Part shown: positions 43,977-59,664 of the stretch, piece after piece | Numbering within the stretch: the stretch's first letter is position 1 | Layout: every line of letters starts with the position of its first letter | Source of the DNA: Octopus vulgaris | Lineage: Eukaryota | Assembly (NCBI GenBank): GCA_951406725.2 | Contig: OX597827.1 | Coordinates: 65,472,001 to 65,536,000, forward strand | Reading direction: 5' to 3' | Length of the DNA stretch: 64,000 nucleotides | The notes under the pieces: generated by a model | Seen by the model: the letters and a program-made list of their open reading frames with translations, nothing else | Database searches by the model: none | What the model was told of the DNA's origin: nothing | Made by a program: the position numbers and the translations under genes

Positions 43977-44589
43977 CTGAAAATAACGCTGGAGAAGAAA
44001 TGCCTGTCGCAAAGTGTGTTTTGTAAAATATGCAAGTGTATAGCAAGTATGTTGCGAGTGGAAAGAACCTGTTTAAACGAAAATATAAAAAGGAGAAAGC
44101 AAAGTCTTCAGTGTGAGTATATGGTTTCTGGGGTCGACCGCGTCCTCTGCTTCATTTTTTGTAAATCACTCATTCTCATTTAAATGTATATATTTTAATT
44201 GCTTTTTATTCATACGTTTCGTCTCATTCGATACCCTGACCCCAATGTTTGTTTTGTCCGTGCAGGTATCGTTCCCTCTTTTTCTCAACCTCACGGTTAA
44301 TAAAGAAATTGACTGTAAAGCAGCACATATCGATAGTTCTCCCTGGTTTCTGTATGCTATATTGACGCTCTGAGTAATTAACACAGACAGATGCTCGCAA
44401 CATGAAGTCATCACCCATTCATTAAACATAAAAATGTAACGAGGGCCAATTAATATTAGCTTTTCTTGGCATTGGATCGATTTGACTCGCGGAAAGTAAA
44501 TAGCATTGCATTTCCTTCGATGAAGGATGCGTTGAGAAGAAGAAATACGTGTAAGACATACAGTGAAAAACACGCGTACGTACATTTAC

Positions 44590-44985
44590 TCCTTACTCTT
44601 TTACTCTTTTACTTGTTTCAGTCATTTGACTGTGGCCATGCTGGAGCACCGCCTTTTAGTCGAGCAAATCGACCCCATAACTTATTCTTTGTAAGCCTAG
44701 TACTTATTCTATCGGTCTCTTTTGCCGAACCGCCAAGTTACGAGGACGTAAACACACCAGCATCGGTTGTCAAGCGATGTTGGGGGAACAAACAGACACA
44801 CAAACATATACACACACATACATATACATGTATATATACATATATACGACAGGCTTCTTTCAGTTTCCAGCTACCAAACCCACTGACAAGACTTTGGTCA
44901 GCCCGAGGCTATAGTCGAAGACACTTACCACGCAGTAGGACTGAACCCGGAACCATGTGATTGGTAAGCAAGCCACTCCTACGCA
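44590..44985 (-). mobile_element. SINE family A
   Basis: Reverse-complement copy. Confidence 0.92.
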
Positions 44986-45409
44986 AAGTTTTCTTGCATT
45001 TGAACGTGTCATTTTATCAGGAAGACTTGTGCATGTTCTCTTAAGGGGTTCGGTCGATCGAACTGATTCTAACACTTATTCTAACGGTGTCTTATTAAGT
45101 TACAGGAAAATAGACGAACATGCGTTGTCAAGCAACATGAAGAATACAAAACATACACAATCATTCCCACGATGACACACACATACACACCCCCATACAC
45201 ACACACATATATACACAAACATACACACACATACACATACATGCACACACACACACATATATGTATAGACCTATCACGTTGTTGTGGTCGCATGATAGAG
45301 ACAAGTAAACGTGTGTGTGGTCTTTTTTGTTTTTTGTGCATGAGTTTGTGTCGTGTACGCCAGTGTGTGTGTATGCGTGTGTGTGAGATAGTGAGTGAGT
45401 GTGTGTGTG

Positions 45410-45512
<103 letters not shown>

Positions 45513-46667
45513 TTATTTATGTTAGAGGTTTACGTACTGAGTGCCATGTTAGAAACTTTTATTACTTGCAATCTTAGTCGTACGTGGAGAAGCAATAATG
45601 AATACAATAAACCTTGCAGCATTTCTTAGCAGTCCCCAACGAATATACGAAACATTCAGGAAATTAAGGATTAAAATCTCAATATAGTTTACCGCCATAA
45701 GGCACAGGCGCACTAATTTAATCCTTGTCAGCAAGCCATGTTTCCCATATATATGTGATTAAGTGTTTTATTTTTAACCTGTTCAGTATAATAATGTCTA
45801 GCGAAGCCTGGAGTTCCCTTAATCAAAGTAATTTTTTTTGTGTGGTAACATATTTATGAAGATGTTTTAACTAGGGTATTGTTATATATCGGAATGGTTT
45901 TTTTTTTCGCTAAATACTCAACTGCACTACATAGTCGTTCTTCTTTTGGCTTTGTTACAGTTTTCCATTTATTTTTATGTCCTTACTTTTAAATCTTTCG
46001 TCACACATCCTGTGACCTCGGCAGCGACTCTCCATCTCACGTGTTTTCTCCTTCCTGCTCTGGTTAGTCTATTCTGTCTTATTCCATTCTGAAGACAGAA
46101 TTGACAAAACAGAACAAGAGAAGACATCGGGAATGTAGGTTCACTGATGAGGTAACTGAATGGATGGCTGATGAAATACTTAAGACAAAGTACACAAATA
46201 TACGAAAAACAATTAAGAAGATTTCAAAAAAAAAAAAAGAATATACAGTGCGTGCGTTTATTTTTTCAAAGAAAAATGACCATCCCAAAACATAAAATAT
46301 CTGTTTCGACACACGATCTAACGTAAAGAAACTTTCAAAACAAATACATACACTTAGGATAATACGCAGAATAATATTGATATTATTTAGTTAAATAACT
46401 ATAAAGCATAAACAAATTCTATGAAAATAAACCTACGTTACAGAAGGCAGGCTTACGTATAACGCCTCACACGCATAGGTTGTCCAAATAACAACGAATA
46501 CAGAGGGATAAAAGCAGAAAATGCGTGATAGATAAATAGAGGTAGTTAGTGAATCGCAAGGATAGCGAGGGAAAGAGCGAGATAAGAAAATAACAAGAAT
46601 GATCAGAAGGACGAATACGCATGTATATCTATATATGTATATATATATATATATATACCTGTATGTA

Positions 46668-46728
<61 letters not shown>

Positions 46729-46767
46729 TTAAAAAAGGAGATGTCGAACACGAGTGGTGATATATAA

Positions 46768-46971
46768 AAAAGGAAATGAAGAAAATGCTGACAAATAATT
46801 GAAGTAATTTAAGTAATTTAATTAGGTGAAAGTTCTTTTTACCGGTTGCGCATTTGTTATGCTTATCATTTGATAAGCATAACAAATGCGCAACCGGTAA
46901 AAAGAACTTTCACCTAATTAAATTACTTAAATTACTTCAATTATTTGTCAGCATTTTCTTCATTTCCTTTT
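46768..46971. repeat. Perfect palindrome, 101-bp arms, 2-nt loop
   Basis: Centre gcttatca-tt-tgataagc (46861-46878); the ORF track gives the same peptide on both strands. Confidence 0.97.
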
Positions 46972-50180
<3,209 letters not shown>

Positions 50181-50221
50181 TTATAACACAAACACGTAGA
50201 CATACACACACACACACACAT

Positions 50222-50262
<41 letters not shown>

Positions 50263-50271
50263 CATAGATAA

Positions 50272-50359
<88 letters not shown>

Positions 50360-50904
50360 TTAGATAGATATATATAGCTAGATAGATAACTTGTAATCAA
50401 TAAAAAAGATATTAGTTACGGGGAAAGATGGTGCCACATTGAAGTAATTAATGAAGAAATCATTTGAAAAGCCACAGTTTATGGTACGGCATACCCTTCC
50501 ATATCGGTATGTGTAATAATATCGATGTTGTTATATAGATATCTGAAAGACTCGTTTTAAGCAAAACAGAAGTCTTGCTGTTAATGCTGCTAAATCACTG
50601 AAGATCAAATGGACATCATCCGATTCATAGATACCGTGTGTTAAAGGGACAAGCGGATGTAAACATTGCATGAGTTAACTAGGAAAAGGCTGTTCATAGA
50701 GGGATATGCGTGTTGATACCTAAAACATTATTTGTTGATACCGAAAATAGTGATAGCAACAATAATCAAAGAGATTGAACCGGTGTTAATGTAGAGGTGT
50801 TTTAAAGAAAGTTATCCAGGTAGCTGTTTATAGGGAGTATTTTTTGTGGGACAACGTTTTTCTCTCACTATTTTTCTATATGTAACAAACTATTAGAGAG
50901 TCTG

Positions 50905-51241
50905 AGACCCCCTTCGGTCACGAAACTAACCATGGGATTGCACTTAGAAAGTTACTCACCCAGGCACGAGTCCGGACATGGTTGTTTATGGAAAACCAGC
51001 AGTCGCCGATGCATATCAACCTCTCTTCTCCACGCCACCAGTGTTATCCAAGGGAAAGGCAAGGGCCGATACAGTTTGGCACCTGTGACATTGCAACTCA
51101 TTTCTACAGCTGAGTAAACTGGAGGAACATGAAATAAAGGATCTTGCTCAAGAATACAACACTCAGCTCGCTCCCGGATTCGAGCTCACAACCTCACGAT
51201 CGTAAGCTCGGCGCTCTAACCACTGAACCATGCACCTTCAC
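50905..51241 (-). mobile_element. tRNA-derived SINE, family D
   Basis: Minus strand gtgaaggtgcatggttcagtggttagagcg..gagctcgaatccggg..ttgagcaagatcctttatttcatgttcctccagtttactcagctgtagaaatgag. Confidence 0.85.
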
Positions 51242-53181
51242 AACAAACTATTAAACCACAATGGATTTGGATACAGGAGAATTCACCATATTTTATATAT
51301 GTCCAAATTTTAGCAGTATGGTGCCGATATTAAAACGTTTATGAAATTTCAACACTATACACACGTGTGATATCAAATTCGTGTCAGAGAATTTTTTAAA
51401 AGTAAAATCGAAGAGGGAAAAATAATTCAAGAACAAAAAAATATGAATTTAGGTGAAGTAAATTTTAAACCAAAAGAATGAAACGTTTACAAGATAAGTG
51501 AGAGTCAGCCCACGGTAAAGTTTAATATAGCTCCCACTTCAATTTTATAACAAAAAGCAAAAAAAAATTCCTTTCATTTTAAAGGTATTTTGACAAATAT
51601 ATATCGCTTTCAAACATTCAGGATTGAGAGCTGTGTGGAATTATGATAAATACCGATTCTGATAAGCAAAAATCATTTCACTATAGGGAATCTTCTGTTA
51701 TTAAAACCAATATAAAGAAGAATTTTGAATTCATATATTAGATTATGTGATCTTTTTCCCCATTGACGTCGACCCAAACTGAAGTCATATTTTTCAAATT
51801 TACAGATATATTCATCTGAATATGTTTTAGATATATGCAGAATATTCAATAATTTTGCAGCTTAAATATGCAATAATTTTGCAGTGCTACCAAGTACAGA
51901 GTGTCTCAAGAACTGCATGCATTTATTTGGGCAATTTCCTTCCATTTTCTCTTTATAAGGAATCATACTTAATTGCATATCCTATACAATATGTCAATAT
52001 CGTTTTTGAATAGATCTCCCTCTGCGTATACACGCTTTACTAAAACTTCATATTCATTTATTTCTTTATATATATTGGTCTTATATGGGTAACCAGGTTT
52101 AACACGAAATTTGAGTCCTCATTTTATTTTATTTTTACATATATTATTAATTTTATCTTCATTCGCACAAATATTTTATTTCACAAATTTTTCCATTTGA
52201 CGACATCTTCCTATATCCTTGCATACATTTTAAAAACCATTATACATTTTTTAAAATCCTATATAATTTTTGAAATATAATATAACACCGCTCGATATGA
52301 ATTCAACTTCTGTAAGTAGGAGATATTTTAAGCTTTCTCAACTTCTAAACTATCTACAAAAATTAATCAACATCTATCTCATTCATGTCACAGACACGTA
52401 CGCACAAGCAATAGTATTTGTAAAGTCGAAGGATATATTCAACAATGGAGTCCCAAGAGGTTTATGGCTAGAATAGCGTCTGCAATAGACCTGCGATCAT
52501 AATTTCCCTTTTCTAATCACCAACACGGGAACAACGATGCGGTAACTAACTCCAGAGCCTCTGTGTAGGCGTCCAAAAATTTAAGACCTCCAGCTAAATC
52601 TTCATCAAATTTCTTATATCACGGTCATAATACAAAAACGAACACCTTGGACCATATAAAATCCCGCTATACAAAATGAAGATTAAAAGCTATGAAATCG
52701 AGTTAGACTAAAGGAACACTAACAAGACAAAGTGAACTAACTTTGAAGAGGGACTTGGGGCGGGGACTAGAATAGTTCCAGATGGATTCATGCGCATTCG
52801 TTCTCCAAACAAACTGCAAATTATCGAAAAAATATAAATAAAATATAAAGGATTATTAGTGAAAATTACAAAGTTACACACTAGTGTATTGACTACGATA
52901 CAATATATATGGATGTGTGTGTATATATTTCCTTCGTTTTGCTGCTTATCTTTCTACGAAATGAGCAGAAACATTGCGGAACTGTTATTTTAATGAGTTC
53001 TAACTAGTTATCACCCGATAAGACACATCTGCACCGCCGGGTGCTGTTGAACCAGTTGTTCAGTATCCGACCCGTGAGAGATCGACGCTAGGTGCGTGGA
53101 AATAATTGTCGTGATTAATAATAGAAATTCTCGTATATTCCATCTGTCTTTTATTTACCACATATATTTATGTATGATTGT

Positions 53182-53264
<83 letters not shown>

Positions 53265-53451
53265 AAAGTAAATAAATGGTACAACGAAGCACCGATATCT
53301 ACTGAAAAATAGCGAACGTAATAAATACGACGCTAATGTATAGCTTCACTGCGTATGTACTAGTAAAGATGCGTGTGTGCAACAAACATGAAAAACATTG
53401 TCTTACCTCTAGGAAAAACATCTGAAAAATGAAAAACCTAGATAACGGATA

Positions 53452-53524
53452 ATGCAGTACCGGTTTCGGATTTTAAAAAATACGCTTGCCAAGCGTATAT
53501 TTGATTTATCTTCATCAGCTGCAT
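53452..53524 (-). ncRNA. Minimal type I hammerhead ribozyme motif
   Basis: Minus strand atgcag-CTGATGA-[stem II with tacgctt/aagcgta hairpin]-GAAA-ccgg-TA-ctgcat; intact core, perfect 6-bp stem I, palindromic stem III. Confidence 0.78.
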
Positions 53525-54912
53525 AAACCTCGACATTACTTCAAATGTTGCCACATCTATGCCAGTACACTCGTCTGAACGCCAAAACGTTAACAGAACG
53601 AGAACAGTGAAGAAGTTTCAATGAAAATAGTAATATATATATGTATGTATGTGTGTATGTATGTATATACATGCGTGTGAGAGTTAGTTGATAAGGTTCG
53701 TGTATGTGTTCCTGTTAGCTTATTAATATGCATACTAACTCTCAGAAACAAGTGTTCTTTAAGCATGAAATATTCCAAATACATAATTTATATAATTACA
53801 CTCTCATCGAAATCATGCGCACATATGTAGAAAACTTGAAGAAATATAGAAATATAAAAACATTAGCAAAATGATAATCAACATGTGTGTATTCATGTAT
53901 AGATCTGGAGAGTGAAAAAGACCCAGAGAGAGAGAGAGAGGGAGAGAGAGACAGAAGGAGAGTAAGAATATGTGTACATATGCGCAAATAAGCATTCATG
54001 CAAGCGCACTGAAGGGTTTTTAAACATTCTCAAATAGATTTGTATGTTTGTATTTGTGTGTGTGTGTGATGGTACGTGACATAACGCATTTCGTTTTAAA
54101 GTACATACCTACAGTACATCACAATAATACATCGACAACGTGCAAACACATCACACCAGAGAATATACACAGACCAACTTACATTTACTGAATCACACGA
54201 ACGTACACGCCGAAGAAAATCATATACACATTCATATATACATATTGACACACACAGATATCATATACACATTCATATATACATATTGACACACACAGAT
54301 ATCATATGATATGTATGTATGTAATTATGTATATTTATAAATATGTGTCTGAGTGTGTGTGTGTTTGTATGTATGAATTTGTAAATATTTACTGAGATTT
54401 GATTACGACATATGTGTATCGAGGGGTTATTATTCAATGCACGTCAATTTCAACGGCAGAACAGAATTTTAAATTGCGACATAATTTTATGCCATTCCAA
54501 TCAACCGCCTCTGCTATAAGCTTCGTAAGCAGCAGCGGAGAGACAGACTACGAATAATACTGCAAACAACAACAGCAACAACAACAACAACAGCAACAAC
54601 AACTGCAAAGACAACAGCAGTAGCAACAGCCCCAACATAAATAATTGAGGTAATCAGAAGGAAAAGAACTCAAATAAAATCAAACAAAAATAACGGTAGA
54701 AATATAAATATAATGCCAAGAGGGGCAATGATAAACGTGATGAAAACCAAAAACAACAGCTTTGGCGATGACAACTACAATAGTTAGAAAGAAATAAACG
54801 GCTCGTCAAGATTAATTAAATGCTTTTGCTGTAATTACATAAAGAAACAAACGCACGTGATTCCGAACACACAGTGAATCACATGAGGAGAGACAGAAAC
54901 ACTTAATCTCAA

Positions 54913-55580
54913 GGCGGCGAGCTGGCAGAAACGTTAGCACATCGGGAGAAGTGCTTAGCGTTGTTTCGTCTGCCGTTACATTCTGAGTTCAAATTCTGCC
55001 GAGGTCGACTTTGCCGTTCATCATTTCGAGGTCGATAACGCACTGGGGGCGATGTAATCGACTTAATACCTATGTCTGTCCTTGTTTTCCCCCTCTATGT
55101 TTAGCCCTTTGTGGGCAATAAAGAAATAAGAAACGTTAGCACGCCGGGCAAAATACTTAACCGTATTTCGTCTGCCGCTACGTTCTGAGTTCAAATTCCA
55201 TCGGAGTCGACTTTGCCTTTCATCATTTCGAGGTCGATAAATTAAGTACCAGTTACGCACTGAAGTCGATATAATAGACTTAATCCGTTTGTCTGTCCTT
55301 GTTTGTCTTCTCAGTGTTTAGCCCCTTGTAGGTAGTAAAGAAATTCGTATTTCGTCTGCCGTTACGTTCTGAGTTCAAATTCCACCGAGGTCGACTTTGC
55401 TTTTCATTCTTTCGGGGTCCACTAAATAAGTACCAGTTATGCACCGGGGTCGATGTAATCGACTTAATCTGTTTGTCTGCCCTTGCTTGTCCCCGCTATG
55501 TTTAGCTCCTGGTGGGCAATAAAGAAAGAAGAAACTTTAGTACGCCGGGGAAATTGCTTAGCGGTATTTCGTCTGCTGTT
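54913..55580 (+). mobile_element. Head-to-tail multimer of SINE family B (3 units plus a partial fourth)
   Basis: tttcgtctgccg.tac.ttctgagttcaaattc..gtcgactttgc..taaagaaa repeated; units start ~54913, 55130, 55346, 55531. Confidence 0.93.
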
Positions 55581-56078
55581 ACTCTGTACACATATTTCGT
55601 GTTACTTCATTTATACGGCACTTGGTCTCCGGTACTCTCATGTTTGTAATTCTTCACTTATGTACATGGAGAAGGAAATATACCCACCACACAAAAGACT
55701 ATGTGTCATGTCTTGTTTGGGCCTTGGTGCGGAATCGCTGTATTTCTATGATTTAGTGAAATCTTACCAACGAGAATTTAGAAATTGCTGCTGAGAGTAG
55801 TCCAGAATAATTCTATATCCAAAAGAGTGAAGTCCCGCTTTTGTTGTCGTCTCTAATTTCAACTTTCCTAATGAAGCTGTTGGGTGCCCCGATCGTTCAA
55901 TGACCCCTTGATGCTGCACAATTTTCCACTGACAAAAATATTTATTACTCATCCCCTTACATTTGGCAATAGCTCGAGTGTTAACCTATTTCCATACAAT
56001 TTTAACTTACCCCTGTACGTATACACACATATACTTAATAAATTTATAAACGGATACATTTCTAGCTATAAAAGAATC

Positions 56079-56083
56079 AAAAA
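56079..56083 (-). terminator. Pol III terminator (T5) for the tRNA-iMet gene
   Basis: TTTTT on the minus strand ~15 nt downstream of the discriminator base. Confidence 0.7.
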
Positions 56084-56097
56084 TAACACCTACTTTT

Positions 56098-56169
56098 TAG
56101 CAGAGCGTAGTTTCGATCTACGGACCTCTGGGTTATGGGCCCAGCACGCTTCCACTGCGCCACTCTGCT
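56098..56169 (-). tRNA. tRNA-iMet-CAT: Initiator tRNA-Met (anticodon CAT)
   Basis: AGCAGAG TG GCGC AGTGGAA GCGT G CTGGG CCCATAA CCCAG AGGTC CGTAG ATCGAAA CTACG CTCTGCT A; A1-U72, three G-C pairs in the anticodon stem, T loop AUCGAAA, all stems pair. Confidence 0.98.
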
Positions 56170-56754
56170 TCTCAAAAGAAAACGCTCATGAATAATGTAT
56201 TAGTTTCTGCATTGTCTGTTCTGTGCTATAGTAATTCTATAACATTATCCGTCATATGTTATTTATTTCCTATATATCTACGAGTATCTCTATGCATTGT
56301 ATTGCAGTAACTACACAATACATACTGCAGCACTGGGATATTAATTTACTTATTGACGTTCGCTCTGGTTATATTTCGAAATTCACATTTGACAAATCCC
56401 ATGCATAGACCTATATGTTCCAAATTTTTTTGGATATCTCTTCGCTCCAGTTTTCAATTTGACCAGAATTCAATAAATGTCTCTTTGCATATCACTGTCA
56501 CTTAATAAAATTCATCATAAATTTTCCATGACTTCCATCAATGAAAATGAACAGTTCAATACATGGTATAAATATGGTCGTTCAATCTTTACACCAGTGA
56601 CCCTTACAAGTGTGCACTGCTACGAGAGGTATCACATTACGCTTGGGATATTTAATAACATTACTTAAGCATTTGGAAAATACTTTCGAATGCTTGGAAT
56701 GACATGGATATATTGTTATTTATTATTTATTTACACCAGCGTGTCTCTGCTTTA

Positions 56755-56952
56755 GAAGCTTGTTTCGCAACCATGTGGTTTCGGGTTTCGTGTTACTTCG
56801 ACAAGTGTATTCTATTATAGACCAGGGACGACCAATGACATGTAAGTAAATTTGTTAAACGGTAACTGTGTAGAAGACCGTCCTATATAGATGTGTGCGT
56901 TTATTTGTGCATGTATGTATTGTATCTGTGAGTCCGTCTATCTATCCATCCA

Positions 56953-56989
<37 letters not shown>

Positions 56990-57175
56990 CTATTCTTTTA
57001 TTTATTACTTGTTTTAGTCATTTGGTTGCGGCCATGCTGATGCTTCGCTTTTAAATATTTTACTGGATTCAATCTGGTCCACGATTAAAAAAAAATCCTG
57101 GAGCTTATTTTATCATCTCTTTTGTCGAAACGCCAGTTTATTGGGAGGTAAATACACGCAAACCGTTCGTCAAGC
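56755..57175. mobile_element. Two divergent SINE family A fragments (+ head 56755-56900; - tail 57000-57175)
   Basis: caaccatgtggtttcgggtt..caagtgtattctattatag; ttacttgttttagtcatttggttgcggccatgctg. Confidence 0.7.
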
Positions 57176-57199
57176 CCCTGGCTACGTTGGTAGAAAATT

Positions 57200-57660
57200 C
57201 TAGGGTAAATATCGGGTTATACCAGATTATTTTCCTCTTCCTAATTCTCTTCGGGGTAAGGAGAAAGGGTTTGGGGTCCGTTCACATATTTGAGCTTCTC
57301 AAAAAATTCGCTTCTAGCCAAAGCACCATTGTAGTGGTGTGGGGCGGCTCTATTAAAGATCTCCATGTTTGTTGAAAATTTAGACATATTTGCTAAAGAC
57401 TGAAACCAGGTTTCTAATTACAGCAGGGGATATTGGTTTGAGCATTTATGGATATATACCGTTCCTTAATTAGGCTTTCTGTAGGAGTAGTGATTGCCTG
57501 TGTTCAGGTATAATTTTACGCCCAAGTAATCGATAGGAAATCAAGTTGGTGGGAACCATTATGCTTTTATGAACGGGGATATACCTCCTTAGTACCAGCC
57601 ACACATATCACCGTCTGTACCCCTGTCAACGTCACAAATTAAGCCCCATGAACAGTACCG
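57200..57660 (-). mobile_element. Penelope-like element reverse-transcriptase (thumb) remnant
   Basis: Minus strand IDYLGVKLYLNTGNHYSYRKPN*GTVYIHKCSNQYPPAVIRNL, frameshift, SKFSTNMEIFNRAAPHHYNGALARS; matches PLE pattern FLDV..L..G..PYRKP..YI..SNHP. Confidence 0.8.
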
Positions 57661-57706
57661 CCAATTAACAATCACCAACACTACTTCATACCTGTATACT
57701 CGCATA

Positions 57707-57814
57707 CACTCACCCCTCTACATCACCCCTTGTGCAAGACCACGCGTATGTGTGAATGTGCACTCACCCCTCTACATCACTCCTTGCTCAAGACCACGCG
57801 TATGTGTGAATGTA
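57707..57814. repeat. Tandem duplication, 54-bp unit x2
   Basis: cactcacccctctacatcac.ccttg..caagaccacgcgtatgtgtgaatgt twice. Confidence 0.92.
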
Positions 57815-58440
57815 CACCGAAGCACACATAAACACTCGTGTAAGTACGGATGCATACACGCAGATATACGGTCGTATACATTTACATATATACGTATATA
57901 CCCCACATCTACCACCCCCTCCTACTTCCCCCAACCACACCACCGATTTCTTGTCCACCACGCGGTGCACACGCTGCACAGTCACAATCCTTTAAAATTA
58001 CACACCACATTAGCCTTGCATCATTGATAATCCACATTATGAAACCGCCTCACAATTCGCAATTTACATAGTTTCTATACAATCATACGACAAAGCCCAC
58101 ACAGCACATGATCTTCTTTCTTCGCATGTCATTACACGATAGATAGATTTCCTAAAAAAAAAGCACTCACACAAATCATTTTGTACACAGAATATTCTTG
58201 TCGCATTCACCGCCTGACACTAAAGAACAGAACATCAATTGCATAGCATAAACCGAACAAATAATGCCACTCAGCGAATTAATTCACTTTGCACATACTC
58301 TGTACAGAAGACGAAATACTGTAATACCAAAAAGAAATAAAACAAGAACGATGAGAAAAAAACAAGCAAGAAAAACCTTATAGAATATTATAATTGAAGC
58401 CGACAAGACTTGTAAACCCGTAAGACGCTGCCACACTCAC

Positions 58441-58461
58441 CTCAGCAACATTGATAGGCGC
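58441..58461 (-). other. Candidate 21-nt micro-exon
   Basis: cttcttctacaccaccag|GCGCCTATCAATGTTGCTGAG|gtgagt; frame preserving (APINVAE or RLSMLL). Confidence 0.35.
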
Positions 58462-58522
58462 CTGGTGGTGTAGAAGAAGCTCGCATAAAATTGGAAAACA
58501 TGATGATGAATAACAAAGTAAA

Positions 58523-58524
<2 letters not shown>

Positions 58525-58579
<55 letters not shown>

Positions 58580-58625
58580 TTAATAATAATAATAATAATA
58601 ACTGTGGTGGTAATAATAATAACAA
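58525..58625. repeat. (AAT)n microsatellite
   Basis: Direct observation. Confidence 0.96.
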
Positions 58626-59664
58626 CTATAAGGGTAACAAAAGTAGCGTTAATAATAGCAGTAATTATTGACAATCATAAAATTTTGATCGTGATGATGA
58701 TGGCGATACTAATTGCTAGACATGAAAAACAAATAAATATGCATTTAGCTCTACCAAAGTTATACAATGTTATTACGACTAACGTTAGCACAAAATATTG
58801 CATAAAATCACAAAACACAAAACACAAAACAGTGAAATCATGCCTACGCACTGGTGTACAAAAAATAACACGTATATCTATACACAGACGGTTAACACAC
58901 AAACACAAGCACGGAGGCAAATATACAAGTACAAACAAAACACACACACACAGATACAAACGTAAACTGCAAGAAACGAAAACAGAAGCAAACATTTTCT
59001 AAATCACGAATTTTAAGCAAATTAAAACCATGGAGGCAACAACTTGAAAACAAAAATAATAATACACCAGCGACGTTATAACAATGTGAACAATACTATT
59101 AACAACAGCGAAAACTGCTACAGCAACACTAATACAATTAACTATTAGAACAATAAATAAACCGAATTATACAAGCAGGATATAATAATAATATAACAGG
59201 TATAGTTTATGAGAGACTATTGTGGAAAATACGCCGCAGTTATGAAGTTATTATATTTTAAAATTCATTTGGGTGTTTTGGTTATTATTTTATGCCGTTT
59301 GTATTTCTTAAGACTATTTCCATTGTGACTTCCGAGATTGTTAAAGGCTTTCAGCAAAGCAAAACGAAATGCAACAAAACAAAGCTATAAAATGCAATAT
59401 ATTGCAATTAATTCTGCTGACTAGAAAAAGTAGTTCGTGTCAGAAACAATATAGGCATGGTAGTGCGAAAATCCTACTTTTAGCAAGCACTTGGTCCTCA
59501 GTTCGATACCGACGTACAACTTAATTGAGAAGTATTTTTTCTTTTTAAATATCATTCGGTTTCACCAAAGGGAAGATAATTTCAACTAGGAGATGAATAG
59601 TTATTAATTAATTATATTCAATTTATTTTCTGACTGTGCAATATTTATAACTATACAGTTATAT

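Noticed and set aside
54913-55580. Regularly spaced repeats suggesting a CRISPR array
   Set aside because: Units are ~190-215 bp SINE monomers without unique spacers; eukaryotic context, no cas genes
58200-58215. 11-nt complement to the 3' part of miR-124 (gcattcaccgc)
   Set aside because: No seed match and no precursor hairpin; expected by chance
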